The translations under genes were made by a program, and so were the position numbers. Below the pieces are notes generated by a model that did not search any database, had not been told where the DNA came from, and saw nothing but the letters and a program-made list of their open reading frames with translations. Positions 1 through 9,241 of a DNA stretch of 64,000 bases are shown here, in pieces (within the stretch, counting starts at the first letter, position 1; each line of letters begins with the position of its first letter). Source of the DNA: Verrucomicrobiota bacterium (lineage in GTDB: Bacteria > Verrucomicrobiota > Verrucomicrobiia > Limisphaerales > UBA9464); the NCBI GenBank assembly GCA_025363585.1, contig JANYDN010000177.1, positions 7,749 through 71,748 of the forward strand, read 5' to 3'.

Positions 1-2194
1 TGGTGAGCGCGGCGTTCGCGTCGCCCACGAGGGTCGTGGTCGAAGTGGTGCTCTTGGGAAAACCGGACACGACGGCGAGCGACGAGGTCGCGGTCAACGC
101 CGACGGGATCTGCGAGCGGACGAAGGCGTCGCGCGCGGCGTTGAGTGCCTTGTAGTTCTTCACCATCTGGTCGATGGCCGGCGTCGAGTCGAACTGGCCG
201 CGCCACTCGTCGAGAAAGGCGTCGAAATGGGCCGGGGCGAAGAAACCGTCGGCGAGCGCGGACAACTGCCGGTAATATTCGGGCGCGAATTCCGGATGCT
301 TGATGAGGCGCGAGACAGCGGCGATGTCGGCCGCCTTGAAGATGCCGGTCGTGGTCGGCGTGGTCGTGGTGCCGCTGCCGAGGATGGAGTCCATGTCATA
401 GGACCACACCTGGACGCGGGGATCCTTCGCCGGGAAGTACAGGATATAATCGTCGCCAACGCCGGTGCCGAGGCACGTCTCCTGGTTGTCGAGAAGCGAG
501 TTGATCGCGAAATAGCGCATCCACTCCGGGACGTTCACGGCGGAGCGGACCGCGGCCGCATAGGTTGCGGCGGGCGTGTTGTTCAGCACGCCGATGAAGC
601 CGACGAGATCGTTCCAATCGTCGGCGAAGGCATTGTTCTGCTTGAAATAGGTATTGGTATAAGAGCGGTAATCCGGGCCATGCCAGACGAGGTTCGGCGT
701 GATGGAGACGTCGAAGTCGCGGATGCCGCGGTAGAGGCTGCCGTTGGCGTCGCCCGGGATCTGCCGCTTGAGGAGGGCGGAATCGACGACCTCGTTGGCG
801 GCGTAGCTGCCCCATTGCGGCGCGTTGGGCGAGGCAAGGTTCACGCCATCCCAGCGAATCTGCACGAGCCGCGACTCGGCCATCGGGACGCCAAGCGAGC
901 GGAAGATGGCGCTGCCTAGGACCTGGCCGGGCGTGAACTGGCTGTTGAGGTTCAGCGCCGTGCGGTTCCGCCACGGGCGGTCGTTCGGGACCTTGACGAG
1001 GAAGTTGTGGGGCACCGACGAACGCGTGCCATGGCCGCGGTTGCGGAAACTCGAAAGGTACCGGACCTGGGGCGTTCCCTCGGCGGAAACGATCCCGTCC
1101 GACGCGACGAACGTTCCGTTGATCTGGGCGTCGCTAAGGGTCGATCCGTTCCAGACCTGGGTTTCCAGATAGGTCTTCTCGGCCTGGGTGGCGATGATCC
1201 TATAGAAGGGTTGGATGCCCGAATAAGCCTCGTTGTCGACCTGGTAGACCAGGTACGGGCTGCGCGCGTCGGCGGTCGGTTCGAACGCGGGATAGGTCCG
1301 GACATGGCCGGCCGTGTCGGAGGCGGTTATATAGAACTCGATGACGGTGCCGTTGGCGTGGACCGGAATCGAGGCGCCATGAATGCCGTCGCCCGGCAGA
1401 CCGTCGCCATGGGTGCCGTCGTCGGCCATCGGGACGGATGTGAAAGTCGTCGTGGTATCGACGCGCCAATGGAGGACGCCGGCGAGGCCCGACGCGCTTT
1501 CGTCGAGCAACCGTGCCGCGACCGTAACCACGTCGGTCGAACGGGGAACCGGCGGATAGTGACGGACCTCGGTCACGAGGGGCGCGGCGTCGGTGCTTGC
1601 GACGGAGTTGGGTTGGCCGGGGGTTCCGCCGGCGACGGTGCTGGACTTCCAGTTTTGGCCCTCGGAAAGCGGCATGGCCTCGTTGACCAACTCGAGGGAA
1701 CTGCCCTCGCCGTCGTGCGCCGCGTGCCATTCCCAGCCGCGTTTGCCGTATTTGTCGTTGGCGGAGATGCGACGGACGGCCCAATCGCCCTCGGTCTCGA
1801 AGGTGGCCTGGGCCTGCACGACGTCGGCGAGGTCGCGGAGTTCGATGGTGTCGCCATTGTCCCCGAGGGACCCCGTCCAGCCGCCGACGACATTGGCGAC
1901 GCCGGGGTGTTTGGAGGCGAAGAGGGGCACGTCGGCGGCGACGACGAGATAGCCGTTGGCGGGGACGGAGGTGTTGGCCGGAAGCACGAGGGAAACGCCC
2001 TTGGCGACGTGCCAACCCGAGACGTCGACGGCGGCGGGGTTGGGATTATGCACTTCGAACCACTCCGCGAGGACGTTGGTCCCGGGAGGGTGATACATGA
2101 TCTCGGTGACGACCAAGGGAGCCGAACGGACGGAAACGGCCGCGATTACGAGGCCGAAAACGACGGCCCAAAGGCGTCGGCAAGTGCGAGACAT
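1..2194 (-). CDS. Secreted lamin-tail-domain (LTD) + CotH-like protein, partial (C-terminus lies beyond window start)
   Basis: Not in the ORF track because it runs off the edge. Manual translation from the ATG (complement of 2192-2194) gives signal-like MSRTCRRLWAVVFGLVIAAVSVRSAP, then the LTD signature VVTEIMYHPPGTNVLAEWFEVHNPNPAAVDVSGWHV. Later SSFRNRGHGTRSS and GVGDDYILYF blocks are CotH-like. The frame stays open to position 2. Track ORFs 1007..2365(+) and 1200..2015(-) are R/G-rich shadow frames. Confidence 0.7.
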   Translation of the reverse strand, partial: MSRTCRRLWAVVFGLVIAAVSVRSAPLVVTEIMYHPPGTNVLAEWFEVHNPNPAAVDVSGWHVAKGVSLVLPANTSVPANGYLVVAADVPLFASKHPGVANVVGGWTGSLGDNGDTIELRDLADVVQAQATFETEGDWAVRRISANDKYGKRGWEWHAAHDGEGSSLELVNEAMPLSEGQNWKSSTVAGGTPGQPNSVASTDAAPLVTEVRHYPPVPRSTDVVTVAARLLDESASGLAGVLHWRVDTTTTFTSVPMADDGTHGDGLPGDGIHGASIPVHANGTVIEFYITASDTAGHVRTYPAFEPTADARSPYLVYQVDNEAYSGIQPFYRIIATQAEKTYLETQVWNGSTLSDAQINGTFVASDGIVSAEGTPQVRYLSSFRNRGHGTRSSVPHNFLVKVPNDRPWRNRTALNLNSQFTPGQVLGSAIFRSLGVPMAESRLVQIRWDGVNLASPNAPQWGSYAANEVVDSALLKRQIPGDANGSLYRGIRDFDVSITPNLVWHGPDYRSYTNTYFKQNNAFADDWNDLVGFIGVLNNTPAATYAAAVRSAVNVPEWMRYFAINSLLDNQETCLGTGVGDDYILYFPAKDPRVQVWSYDMDSILGSGTTTTPTTTGIFKAADIAAVSRLIKHPEFAPEYYRQLSALADGFFAPAHFDAFLDEWRGQFDSTPAIDQMVKNYKALNAARDAFVRSQIPSALTATSSLAVVSGFPKSTTSTTTLVGDANAALT

Positions 2195-2360
2195 GGGAAT
2201 TCCTTTAGCAAACCACGCGCCGAGTTGGGGAGTTCGGCCAAAGAGGCCGCCGAAGATCCGTGGGGCGCGCGTGGAAGGAGAGTAGGAGGAAAGGAAAGCC
2301 AGTGCGAGTCGCCGTGGCGCGGACGTCCCCGCCTCCGAGGCCTTCCCACCGCGCTCCAAA

Positions 2361-2423
2361 AGTAGGCCGGGTCCCCCGGTCTGGCGCCGAATTGTAGGCC
2401 GGGTCCCCTGACCCGGCGCCGAA
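2361..2423 (+). repeat. Tandem GTAGGCC-hairpin repeats
   Basis: AGTAGGCCGGGTCCCCCGGTCTGGCGCCGAA followed by TTGTAGGCCGGGTCCCCTGACCCGGCGCCGAA. Stem variants (GTAGGCCGCGTG-CCCC-CACGCGGC) lie at 2471-2496 (inverted) and 46075-46105. Confidence 0.8.
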
Positions 2424-2598
2424 ACGAATGGCAATACACGATACAAGGGGCCGAGATGCACCAAGGCCCGCCGCGTGGGGGCACGCGGCCTACAGGCGCC
2501 ATCGGCTCCTCGCGGCCCGCGCCACGACGGCACACTCCGAGCCGTCCCGGAGCGACCGGCCTCTTGAATCTTCAATCTTGAAACTTGAAACTCCCCCA

Positions 2599-3291
2599 TC
2601 ACTTCACGCCGGCGCTGGCCGCGGCCTCGGGATCGATCGCCTTGAGCGCCTTGGGGACGGCCCAGATGATTTCCTTCGAGCTGCGGTCGCCGCGGAGTCC
2701 GAGCAACCCCGGGAACGCGGGCCTGGCCTTCGGCCCGTATCCCGCGAGAGCCTCGACGATCGTTGGGTTCCCGGCGCCGGCGGCGTTGGTGAGCCGCGCG
2801 GTCAACAGCGGCACCATGGTTTCCGCGTCGGCACCCAATCCGGGAAGCACCTCGGCGGAGCCTTCCCAAAGGTCCTCGTCGTTGGACCGCACGAACTCGA
2901 GCAACACCGGGATCGCGGCTGCCGCGTTGGTGCCGAACAAATGGAGTTCGTGGATCGCCTGCGTGCGACGGCCCGTGGAGTCCGTCGCGTGGACGTCCAT
3001 TCCCGGGAGCGAGTTCAACGCCGAGGCGATGGACAACACGATCTGGGATTCGTTGGTGTCGGTGCGGATCCGATGGATCAGGTCGGGAACAATGACGGTG
3101 CGCGCGACATCGACGGCCTCGGCGCGGAGTTCGGGCGCGCCGTTGGTGGCGAGCTCGGCCCAAGCGAAGGTGGTCCGCCCCTTATATAAGTCATCGCGAT
3201 CGCGGACGATCTCGCCGAGGCCCCAGGCGATGGCAGGTATCAGGGCGAGGCCGAGGACGACCGATCCGGCGAGTTTTGCGGTGCGGTTCAT
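2599..3291 (-). CDS. Membrane-anchored HEAT-repeat protein
   Basis: Internal start MNRTAKLAGSVVLGLALIPAIAWG (N-terminal TM/signal anchor) at complement of 3291. The upstream part of track ORF 2599..3522 is translated repeat DNA (LKLETS). The body has HEAT-like helical repeats (AAIPVLLEFVRSNDEDLWEGSAEVL, MVPLLTARL, PTIVEALAGYGPKARPAFPGLLGL). Confidence 0.5.
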   Translation of the reverse strand: MNRTAKLAGSVVLGLALIPAIAWGLGEIVRDRDDLYKGRTTFAWAELATNGAPELRAEAVDVARTVIVPDLIHRIRTDTNESQIVLSIASALNSLPGMDVHATDSTGRRTQAIHELHLFGTNAAAAIPVLLEFVRSNDEDLWEGSAEVLPGLGADAETMVPLLTARLTNAAGAGNPTIVEALAGYGPKARPAFPGLLGLRGDRSSKEIIWAVPKALKAIDPEAAASAGVK

Positions 3292-3316
3292 GAGGGGGCG
3301 GGGCGGGGATGCGCTG

Positions 3317-3618
3317 GAAGTTTCAAGTTTCAAGATTGAAGTTTCAAGAGGCCAGTTGCTCCGAGATGCCTGGGAGCGCGGGCGTCTCGCCTGCACTGGC
3401 TGAGGCTGCGTTGGCTTGGTCCACCGTCTCACGACGGCGGCTACGGGTTGCTGCTTCGCGTGGGGTGCCGGTTCCAAATGGTTATACCTAATTGGTGGAG
3501 CTTCGCGCGGGCGGAACGCCACGTTTCATCTGGTCTGCACGGGCGGGGACGCCCTTGTTTTGCGCAGCCGAGGACGGCCGCTCTACGCTTCAAACTTGAA
3601 ACTTGAAACTTGAAACTC
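3317..3618. repeat. Heptamer-array-bounded intergenic cassette I
   Basis: GAAGTTTCAAGTTTCAAGATTGAAGTTTCAAGAG (3317-3350) and CTTCAAACTTGAAACTTGAAACTTGAAACTC (3588-3618) are inverted. The interior holds a GTGA hairpin (3421-3440) and a GGGGACGCCC module (3537-3587). Confidence 0.85.
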
Positions 3619-3691
3619 GGACGCAGCCAGAGACGCCCGCCGCCACGGCCGGCCAGTCCACCGTCTCACGACGGCGGCCACGTTGCTTGCT

Positions 3692-5539
3692 TCAGAACGC
3701 GCGCTTGCCGTTGAGGCGGACGTGGCCGCGGACCTCGTCCAGGAAAGCGTCGCCGTAGACGCGGAGCTTGGTCTCGCCCACGCCCGTGATCTCGCGCAAT
3801 GCGTCGTCGGTCTCCGGATATTCGCGCGCCATCTCGCGGAGCGTCACGTCGCCGAATACGATATAAGGCGGGACGCCCTGTTCGTCCGCGAGGCGTTTGC
3901 GGAGTTGGCGGAGTTTCTCGAACAACAACTCGTCGCACTCGATCTCGCCCGAGCGACGCGTCCGCGCGGCCTTGGGCGCCTCGCGCGGTTTGGTGAGCTT
4001 CACCGGCCGTCGTTCCTTGAGCACGGCCATGCCCTCGGGCGTGAGTTCGACGGTGGGGAATTGGCCGGTGGCCTGCGCGAGGAAGCCGAGCCGTATGAGT
4101 TCCCGTCCGATCGCCGCCCATTCGTTGCGCCCGTATTCGTGCCCAATGCCGAACGTCGTGATCTCGTGGTGTCCCCAACGGCGCACCTGCTCGCTGTCGC
4201 TGCCCGTGAGCACGTTGACGACGTGGTTGAGTCCCGTGGAAAACCCGCCGCGCTGGCGGACGCGATACACGCAGCTCAGGAATTTTTGCGCGGCCACCGT
4301 GCCATCGAACGTCTCGCGCGGCGTGAGGCAGTTGTCGCACGAACCGCAGTCCGGCTGCGGATAGATCTCGCCGAAGTAACGCAGCAACGACGCGCGCCGG
4401 CATTCGCCCGAATCGGCATAATGCACCATCTGCTGCAGCTGCTCGCGCGCGATCGCCTGTTCCTTCGGGTCCGTCTTCTCGTCGATGAAGTTGGTCTGCT
4501 TCATCACGTCGCCCGCGCTGAACAACAGCAGGCAATCGCCCGGCAACCCGTCGCGTCCGGCGCGCCCGGTTTCCTGGTAATAGCCCTCGATGTTCTTGGG
4601 AAGGTCGTGGTGGATGACGAATCGGACGTTGGGTTTGTTGATGCCCATGCCGAACGCGATCGTCGCGCAGACCACGCGGACCTCGTCGCGGAGGAACCGT
4701 TCCTGGTTTTTGGCGCGCGTCGCGGGCTCGAGGCCTGCGTGGTAAGGGACGGCCTTGATCCCCTCGCCGACTAGTTTCGCCGCAAGCGTCTCGGTGCCGG
4801 CGCGGCTCGCGCAGTAGACAATGCCGGCGTCGGCCGGGCGCGAACGGAGAAAGGCGATGAGTTGGCGTCCGCCCGATTGCCGGGGCTCGACGCGGTAATT
4901 GAGGTTCGGTCGGTTGAAGCTGGCGACGAAGACGGCGGGATCGCGGAGGCCGAGTTGCTTGAGGATGTCGACGCGGACGCGCTCGGTGGCGGTGGCGGTG
5001 AGCGCCATGAACGGGATGTCGGAAAGCTTTTTTCGGAACTCGCCGAGCTGCCGGTATTCGGGCCGGAAATCGTGGCCCCACTCGCTGATGCAATGGGCCT
5101 CGTCCACGGCGACGCAGCGGACGCCCCAGCGGTTGAGGTCGTCGGCGAGCGAGCCGGCGAGGAGGCGTTCGGGCGAGACGTAAAGGAGTTTGTACGCGCG
5201 CGTGTTGAGGCCGCGCCAACGGGCGCGACGTTCGTCGTCCGCGAGCGACGAATTGAGGAAGGTGGCGGCGATGCCGTTGGCGTGGAGCGAGTCGACCTGG
5301 TCCTTCATCAGCGCGATGAGCGGCGAGATGACGACGGTGAGGCCGGGCCGCACGAGCGCGGGCAACTGGAAGCAAAGCGACTTGCCGCCGCCGGTGGGAA
5401 GGAGCGCGAACACGTCGCGGCCCGCGAGCGAGTCGCGGATGATCTCCTCCTGGAGCGGGCGGAAGGCGGTGTAACCGAAGCAACGCTTCAGCGGGCCGAG
5501 GAGTTCCTCGGCGGCGGGCGTATCCGAAAGGACGGGCAT
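3692..5539 (-). CDS. recQ: ATP-dependent DNA helicase RecQ
   Basis: FGYTAFRPLQEEII, LLPTGGGKSLCFQLPAL (motif I), VAVDEAHCISEWGHDFRPEY (DEAH), Zn-finger CRRASLLRYFGE..CGSCDNC, and C-terminal HRDC-like LFEKLRQLRKRLADEQGVPPYIVFGDVTLREMA. The start at MPVLSD (5539) avoids overlap with the upstream gene's stop. Confidence 0.93.
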   Translation of the reverse strand: MPVLSDTPAAEELLGPLKRCFGYTAFRPLQEEIIRDSLAGRDVFALLPTGGGKSLCFQLPALVRPGLTVVISPLIALMKDQVDSLHANGIAATFLNSSLADDERRARWRGLNTRAYKLLYVSPERLLAGSLADDLNRWGVRCVAVDEAHCISEWGHDFRPEYRQLGEFRKKLSDIPFMALTATATERVRVDILKQLGLRDPAVFVASFNRPNLNYRVEPRQSGGRQLIAFLRSRPADAGIVYCASRAGTETLAAKLVGEGIKAVPYHAGLEPATRAKNQERFLRDEVRVVCATIAFGMGINKPNVRFVIHHDLPKNIEGYYQETGRAGRDGLPGDCLLLFSAGDVMKQTNFIDEKTDPKEQAIAREQLQQMVHYADSGECRRASLLRYFGEIYPQPDCGSCDNCLTPRETFDGTVAAQKFLSCVYRVRQRGGFSTGLNHVVNVLTGSDSEQVRRWGHHEITTFGIGHEYGRNEWAAIGRELIRLGFLAQATGQFPTVELTPEGMAVLKERRPVKLTKPREAPKAARTRRSGEIECDELLFEKLRQLRKRLADEQGVPPYIVFGDVTLREMAREYPETDDALREITGVGETKLRVYGDAFLDEVRGHVRLNGKRAF

Positions 5540-5558
5540 GCGGCGGCGTGTTGTCCGG

Positions 5559-7358
5559 TCACTCCCAACCGATCTTGCGGCCGGCATTTTCCTTCTCGAG
5601 CCATTGCTGGAGCGGGGCGAAGTACTCGACCATGGCGCGGGTGCTGAGATCCTCGCCCGTGGTCTCGCGGAGGAGCGCGCGCCAGTCGCGCGTGCCGCCG
5701 GCGGCGAGCATGCGGCGCAGGAACTCGCCGGTCTCGCGGCTGCCCTCGTAATTGCAGCGCTGCGGCGGTTGGCGGAGGATTTTCTTCGCGATGTAATCGT
5801 TGAACTGGAATTTCAAAACCGTCGCGATCGCATAGCTATAATAGTAGCAGGGATTGTCGTTGATATGCGTCTTCGTCGCGGGATCGCACCATTCCTCCCC
5901 GCGGGAATCCGGGCCGCCCGGGGGCTCGACGCCCTGGAAGTCGGCGACGTGCTTCCACCATCGTTTGTTCCACTCCGATTTGGGAAGCCCGCCCGCGTAC
6001 ACGTCGGCCTCCCAATGCGTCATCGTGCCGCTCGCCCAATAGAGGAACGGGATCGAGTGGGTCAACCCGTCGTTGAGGAGGACGGCGACCTCGTCGGGCG
6101 CGTAGTCCTTGGGAAGGATTCCCTTGGCCTTGAGATACGGCATCTGGCCGGACGCGAGGCCGATGAGCTCGCCGATGCCCTCATGGAAGGCGGGGTTGGC
6201 GCCGATGCGCAGCAGGGGCGGGACCTCGGGTCGGGTATAGGCGATGAAATAATACGCGTGGCCTAGCTCGTGGTGCGCGGTGGTGAACCACCACGGGTTG
6301 GCCTCGACGCTCATGAGCGAACGGATGTCGTTCTCGAGATCGACGTGCCAGCACGACGCGTGGGAATTCTTCAGGCGCGTCTCGCCCGGTTTCGCGGGGA
6401 ACAGGTCGGACTTGCTCCAGAACGTCTCCGGCAAGCGCGGGAAACCCAGTCCGACATAGAACTCCTCGGCGGTGCGCGTGATCCAGCCCGGGTCGCGTCC
6501 CTCGAAATAGGGATCGAGATTGGCGGCGTCGACGAGCCCGCCCCATTCCTGCGACCAGCGGTTGTTGATCCAATGGGCGGGAATGCGGTTGGGCACGGGC
6601 TGGCCGTATTTCTTGGCGAGGGTGTATTTGGTCCAGGTATGGAGCTGGAGATAGAGGGGCCGCATGGCCTTCATGAAGTCGTCGTTGAGCTTCACCATCT
6701 CCTCGGTCGTCATCCCGTAACCCGCGACCTGCAGCGCGAAGTAGTCGTGGTAACCCATCTCCTTCGCGCAGTCGTTGCGGAGATCGCGGAGGCGCTCGAG
6801 ACCGGGGCGCAGCACGGGGCCCGTGGCTTTGGAGGCTTCCCACGCGGCGCGGCGGTCGGCGAGGACGGTGGATTTGGAGAGGATGCGGTCGAGGTCGTTG
6901 GCGACGACGTTGGAACCGCCGAGATGGAACTGGAATCCGTTCAGGACGGAGTTCTGGGCGGTCTCGGCGGCGATGCGGTCGCCGACGAGTTTGGGATTGG
7001 TCATCGGCCCCTCGGCGGCGTTGAGGAGGCAACGCTCGAGTTGGCGGATCTGGAGGTCGGTGAGTTCGGAGCGGTGGGCGAGGAGATCGCGGGCCTCGCG
7101 GATGATGGCGGGATTGCCGTTGAAGGCGGCGCGGGCGCGTCCGGCGGTCTCGCTCGCGGCGTCATGCACGGGGGTAACATCGGTGGACGACTTCCACAGG
7201 GCCTCGTTCTCGACGCGGTAGAGGGCCTGGTAGCCGGCGTTGACAAGTCCGAGGAACTGGTCGGCGCGTTCGCTTGCGGGAACGGCGGCTCCCAAGGAAC
7301 CCGCCGCGAGCCCGACGACCAACCAGGCGCCGAGGCGGCGCGCGAGGTGACGCAACAT
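5559..7358 (-). CDS. Peptidase family M2 (angiotensin-converting-enzyme-like peptidyl-dipeptidase), secreted
   Basis: Zinc motif TAHHELGHAYYF plus downstream FHEGIGELIG (HEXXH...E as in ACE). Signal-like MLRHLARRLGAWLVVGLAAGSLGAA. The track start at 7400 (MKLET) lies inside the heptamer repeat, so I prefer the start at 7358. Confidence 0.8.
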   Translation of the reverse strand: MLRHLARRLGAWLVVGLAAGSLGAAVPASERADQFLGLVNAGYQALYRVENEALWKSSTDVTPVHDAASETAGRARAAFNGNPAIIREARDLLAHRSELTDLQIRQLERCLLNAAEGPMTNPKLVGDRIAAETAQNSVLNGFQFHLGGSNVVANDLDRILSKSTVLADRRAAWEASKATGPVLRPGLERLRDLRNDCAKEMGYHDYFALQVAGYGMTTEEMVKLNDDFMKAMRPLYLQLHTWTKYTLAKKYGQPVPNRIPAHWINNRWSQEWGGLVDAANLDPYFEGRDPGWITRTAEEFYVGLGFPRLPETFWSKSDLFPAKPGETRLKNSHASCWHVDLENDIRSLMSVEANPWWFTTAHHELGHAYYFIAYTRPEVPPLLRIGANPAFHEGIGELIGLASGQMPYLKAKGILPKDYAPDEVAVLLNDGLTHSIPFLYWASGTMTHWEADVYAGGLPKSEWNKRWWKHVADFQGVEPPGGPDSRGEEWCDPATKTHINDNPCYYYSYAIATVLKFQFNDYIAKKILRQPPQRCNYEGSRETGEFLRRMLAAGGTRDWRALLRETTGEDLSTRAMVEYFAPLQQWLEKENAGRKIGWE

Positions 7359-7384
7359 GGGACGGAGCGAAGCGGGGCGCGGAG

Positions 7385-7967
7385 GAGTTTCAAGTTTCAA
7401 GTTTGAAGTTTTCAGCAGCGGGGGAGTTTTCAGTGATCAGTTTTCAGTGTTCAGGGAGGGGCATGAGCGGGATTCAAGGGGCGGGTTTCAAGTTTCAGGC
7501 GGCCGCACAACCGTGGCAGCCGACGTGAGTCGGTGGACCGCGACATCGCCGTCGAGCCCTCCCGCCACACTCACGAGGCGGGCCACGGTCGCGGGTGGCG
7601 CGAGCCACTGCAACCGCCTCCCAAGAGTTGAGTTTCATGGAACACCCGGCCGTGGTAGCCGAGGACATGAGGGCGATCCGAACCTTTGCGACGTGCGTGG
7701 CGATCCTCGCGGCGACGACCGGGTTGGGCCAGGGGACGTTTCAATTCTCCAACATCGGGCTGCCCGGACGACCGCTCATCACGGCGGGCTGCTGATGGGG
7801 GTGGGGATGCTTGCGGGCATGTGGATTGTCCGTCGCAAGAACTGAACGCGGAACGCGGAGTCCTTCGTGTCGCCGCGATCCGGCGGAGAGGCGAGGAATA
7901 ACTTTCACGCCAACTCGAACCAAGAGGGGCCGGACTCTTGAAACCGAAAACTTGAAACTTGAAACTC
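7385..7967. repeat. Heptamer-array-bounded intergenic cassette II
   Basis: GAGTTTCAAGTTTCAAGTTTGAAGTTTTCAG (7385-7415) and CTTGAAACCGAAAACTTGAAACTTGAAACTC (7937-7967) are inverted. The interior includes a TCAGTNN array (7427-7454). Confidence 0.8.
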
Positions 7968-8103
7968 GGTGCCCCGGAAAATTCCTCATGGCCCGGGGCG
8001 CAACTCTTCATTTCCTCCGGCGCCCGTCGATGGCAACGTCGCCGCGTTTCCCATCGCAACAGCGAGTCACGAGTCAAGAGTCACGACACAGAACGTCAAC
8101 GCC

Positions 8104-9228
8104 ATGAGCAACCGCAAGATCAACATCGCCGTCGTCGGCCTCGGCTTCGGCGCCGAGTTCATCCCCATCTGGCAGCGCCATCCCGAAACGAACTGCTACG
8201 CCATCTGCCAGCGCAACGAGGACAAGCTGAACGCCATCGGCGACGCGTTCGGCATCAAGACGCGTTACCGTGAGTTCGAGCAGGTTCTCAAGGATCCCAG
8301 CGTCGACGCGGTCCACATCAACTCGCCCATTCCCGACCACGGCTGGATGTCGATCGCCGCGCTCAAGGCGGGCAAGCACGTGGCGTGCACGGTGCCGATG
8401 GCGACGAGCATTTCGGACTGCAAGAAGATCGTGGAGCTCGTGAAGAAGACCGGGCTCAAGTACATGATGATGGAGACCGTCGTGTACGCGCGGGAGTTCC
8501 TCTACATCCGCGAACTCAACGAGAAGGGCGTGCTCGGCAAGATCCAGTTCCTGCAGGCGTCGCACCAGCAGGACATGGACGGTTGGCCCAACTACTGGCC
8601 CGGGCTGCCGCCGATGTGGTACGCGACGCATTGCGTCGGTCCCGTTGCCGGCTTGCTCAAGCTCGACGCGGAATACGTGAGTTGCTTCGGGTCGGGCACG
8701 ATCCGTCCGGAGTTGGCGGAGAAATATAATTCGCCGTTCGCGGTCGAGACCACGCACATCAAGTTCGCGAAAAGCGATCTCAGCGCGCGCATCATCCGCT
8801 CGCTCTTCGACACGGCGCGACAGTACCGCGAGAGCTTCGATGTCTACGGATCGAAGGCGTCGATCGAATGGCCGTTGATCGAGCACGAGCCGCTGGTGTT
8901 GCACCGCGCGAAGTTGCCGGAGCCGAAGATTCCCAAGCACGTGAAGTCGCCGGACTACGCCAAGCTGCTGCCGAAGGAGATCCGCCGGTTCACGACGAAG
9001 GGCGTGTACGATCTCGGGAAAAAGACGCACCTGAGCTTCACCCAGGGCGCGGGCCATGGCGGCTCGCACCCGCATCTGGCGCACGAGTTCGCGTCGGCGG
9101 TCGCGGGCGGCCGCGATCCGTTCCCGAACGCCCGGCAATCGGCCAACTGGACCTGCGTGGGCCTGTGCTCGCACGAGTCCGCTTTGAAGGGCGGCAAGAT
9201 CGTCCCGTTGCCGGCGTTCACGCGGTGA
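8104..9228 (+). CDS. Gfo/Idh/MocA family oxidoreductase
   Basis: Start MSNRKINIAVVGLGFGAEF (Rossmann GxGxxG/A). Typical family body (DAVHINSPIPDHGWMSIAALKAGKHVACTVPMA). The track extension to 7969 covers repeat DNA. Confidence 0.85.
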   Translation: MSNRKINIAVVGLGFGAEFIPIWQRHPETNCYAICQRNEDKLNAIGDAFGIKTRYREFEQVLKDPSVDAVHINSPIPDHGWMSIAALKAGKHVACTVPMATSISDCKKIVELVKKTGLKYMMMETVVYAREFLYIRELNEKGVLGKIQFLQASHQQDMDGWPNYWPGLPPMWYATHCVGPVAGLLKLDAEYVSCFGSGTIRPELAEKYNSPFAVETTHIKFAKSDLSARIIRSLFDTARQYRESFDVYGSKASIEWPLIEHEPLVLHRAKLPEPKIPKHVKSPDYAKLLPKEIRRFTTKGVYDLGKKTHLSFTQGAGHGGSHPHLAHEFASAVAGGRDPFPNARQSANWTCVGLCSHESALKGGKIVPLPAFTR

Positions 9229-9241
9229 TCCCGGGAAACGT

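Noticed and set aside
7358-7400. N-terminal extensions beginning MKLET/MKLP/LKLE on track ORFs 5559..7400, 2585..3403, 7959..8273 and 59190..61085.
   Set aside because: These start codons fall inside the CTTGAAACTTGAAACT heptamer arrays, so they are repeat translations. Downstream starts giving normal signal peptides were preferred. The ABC transporter start remains uncertain.
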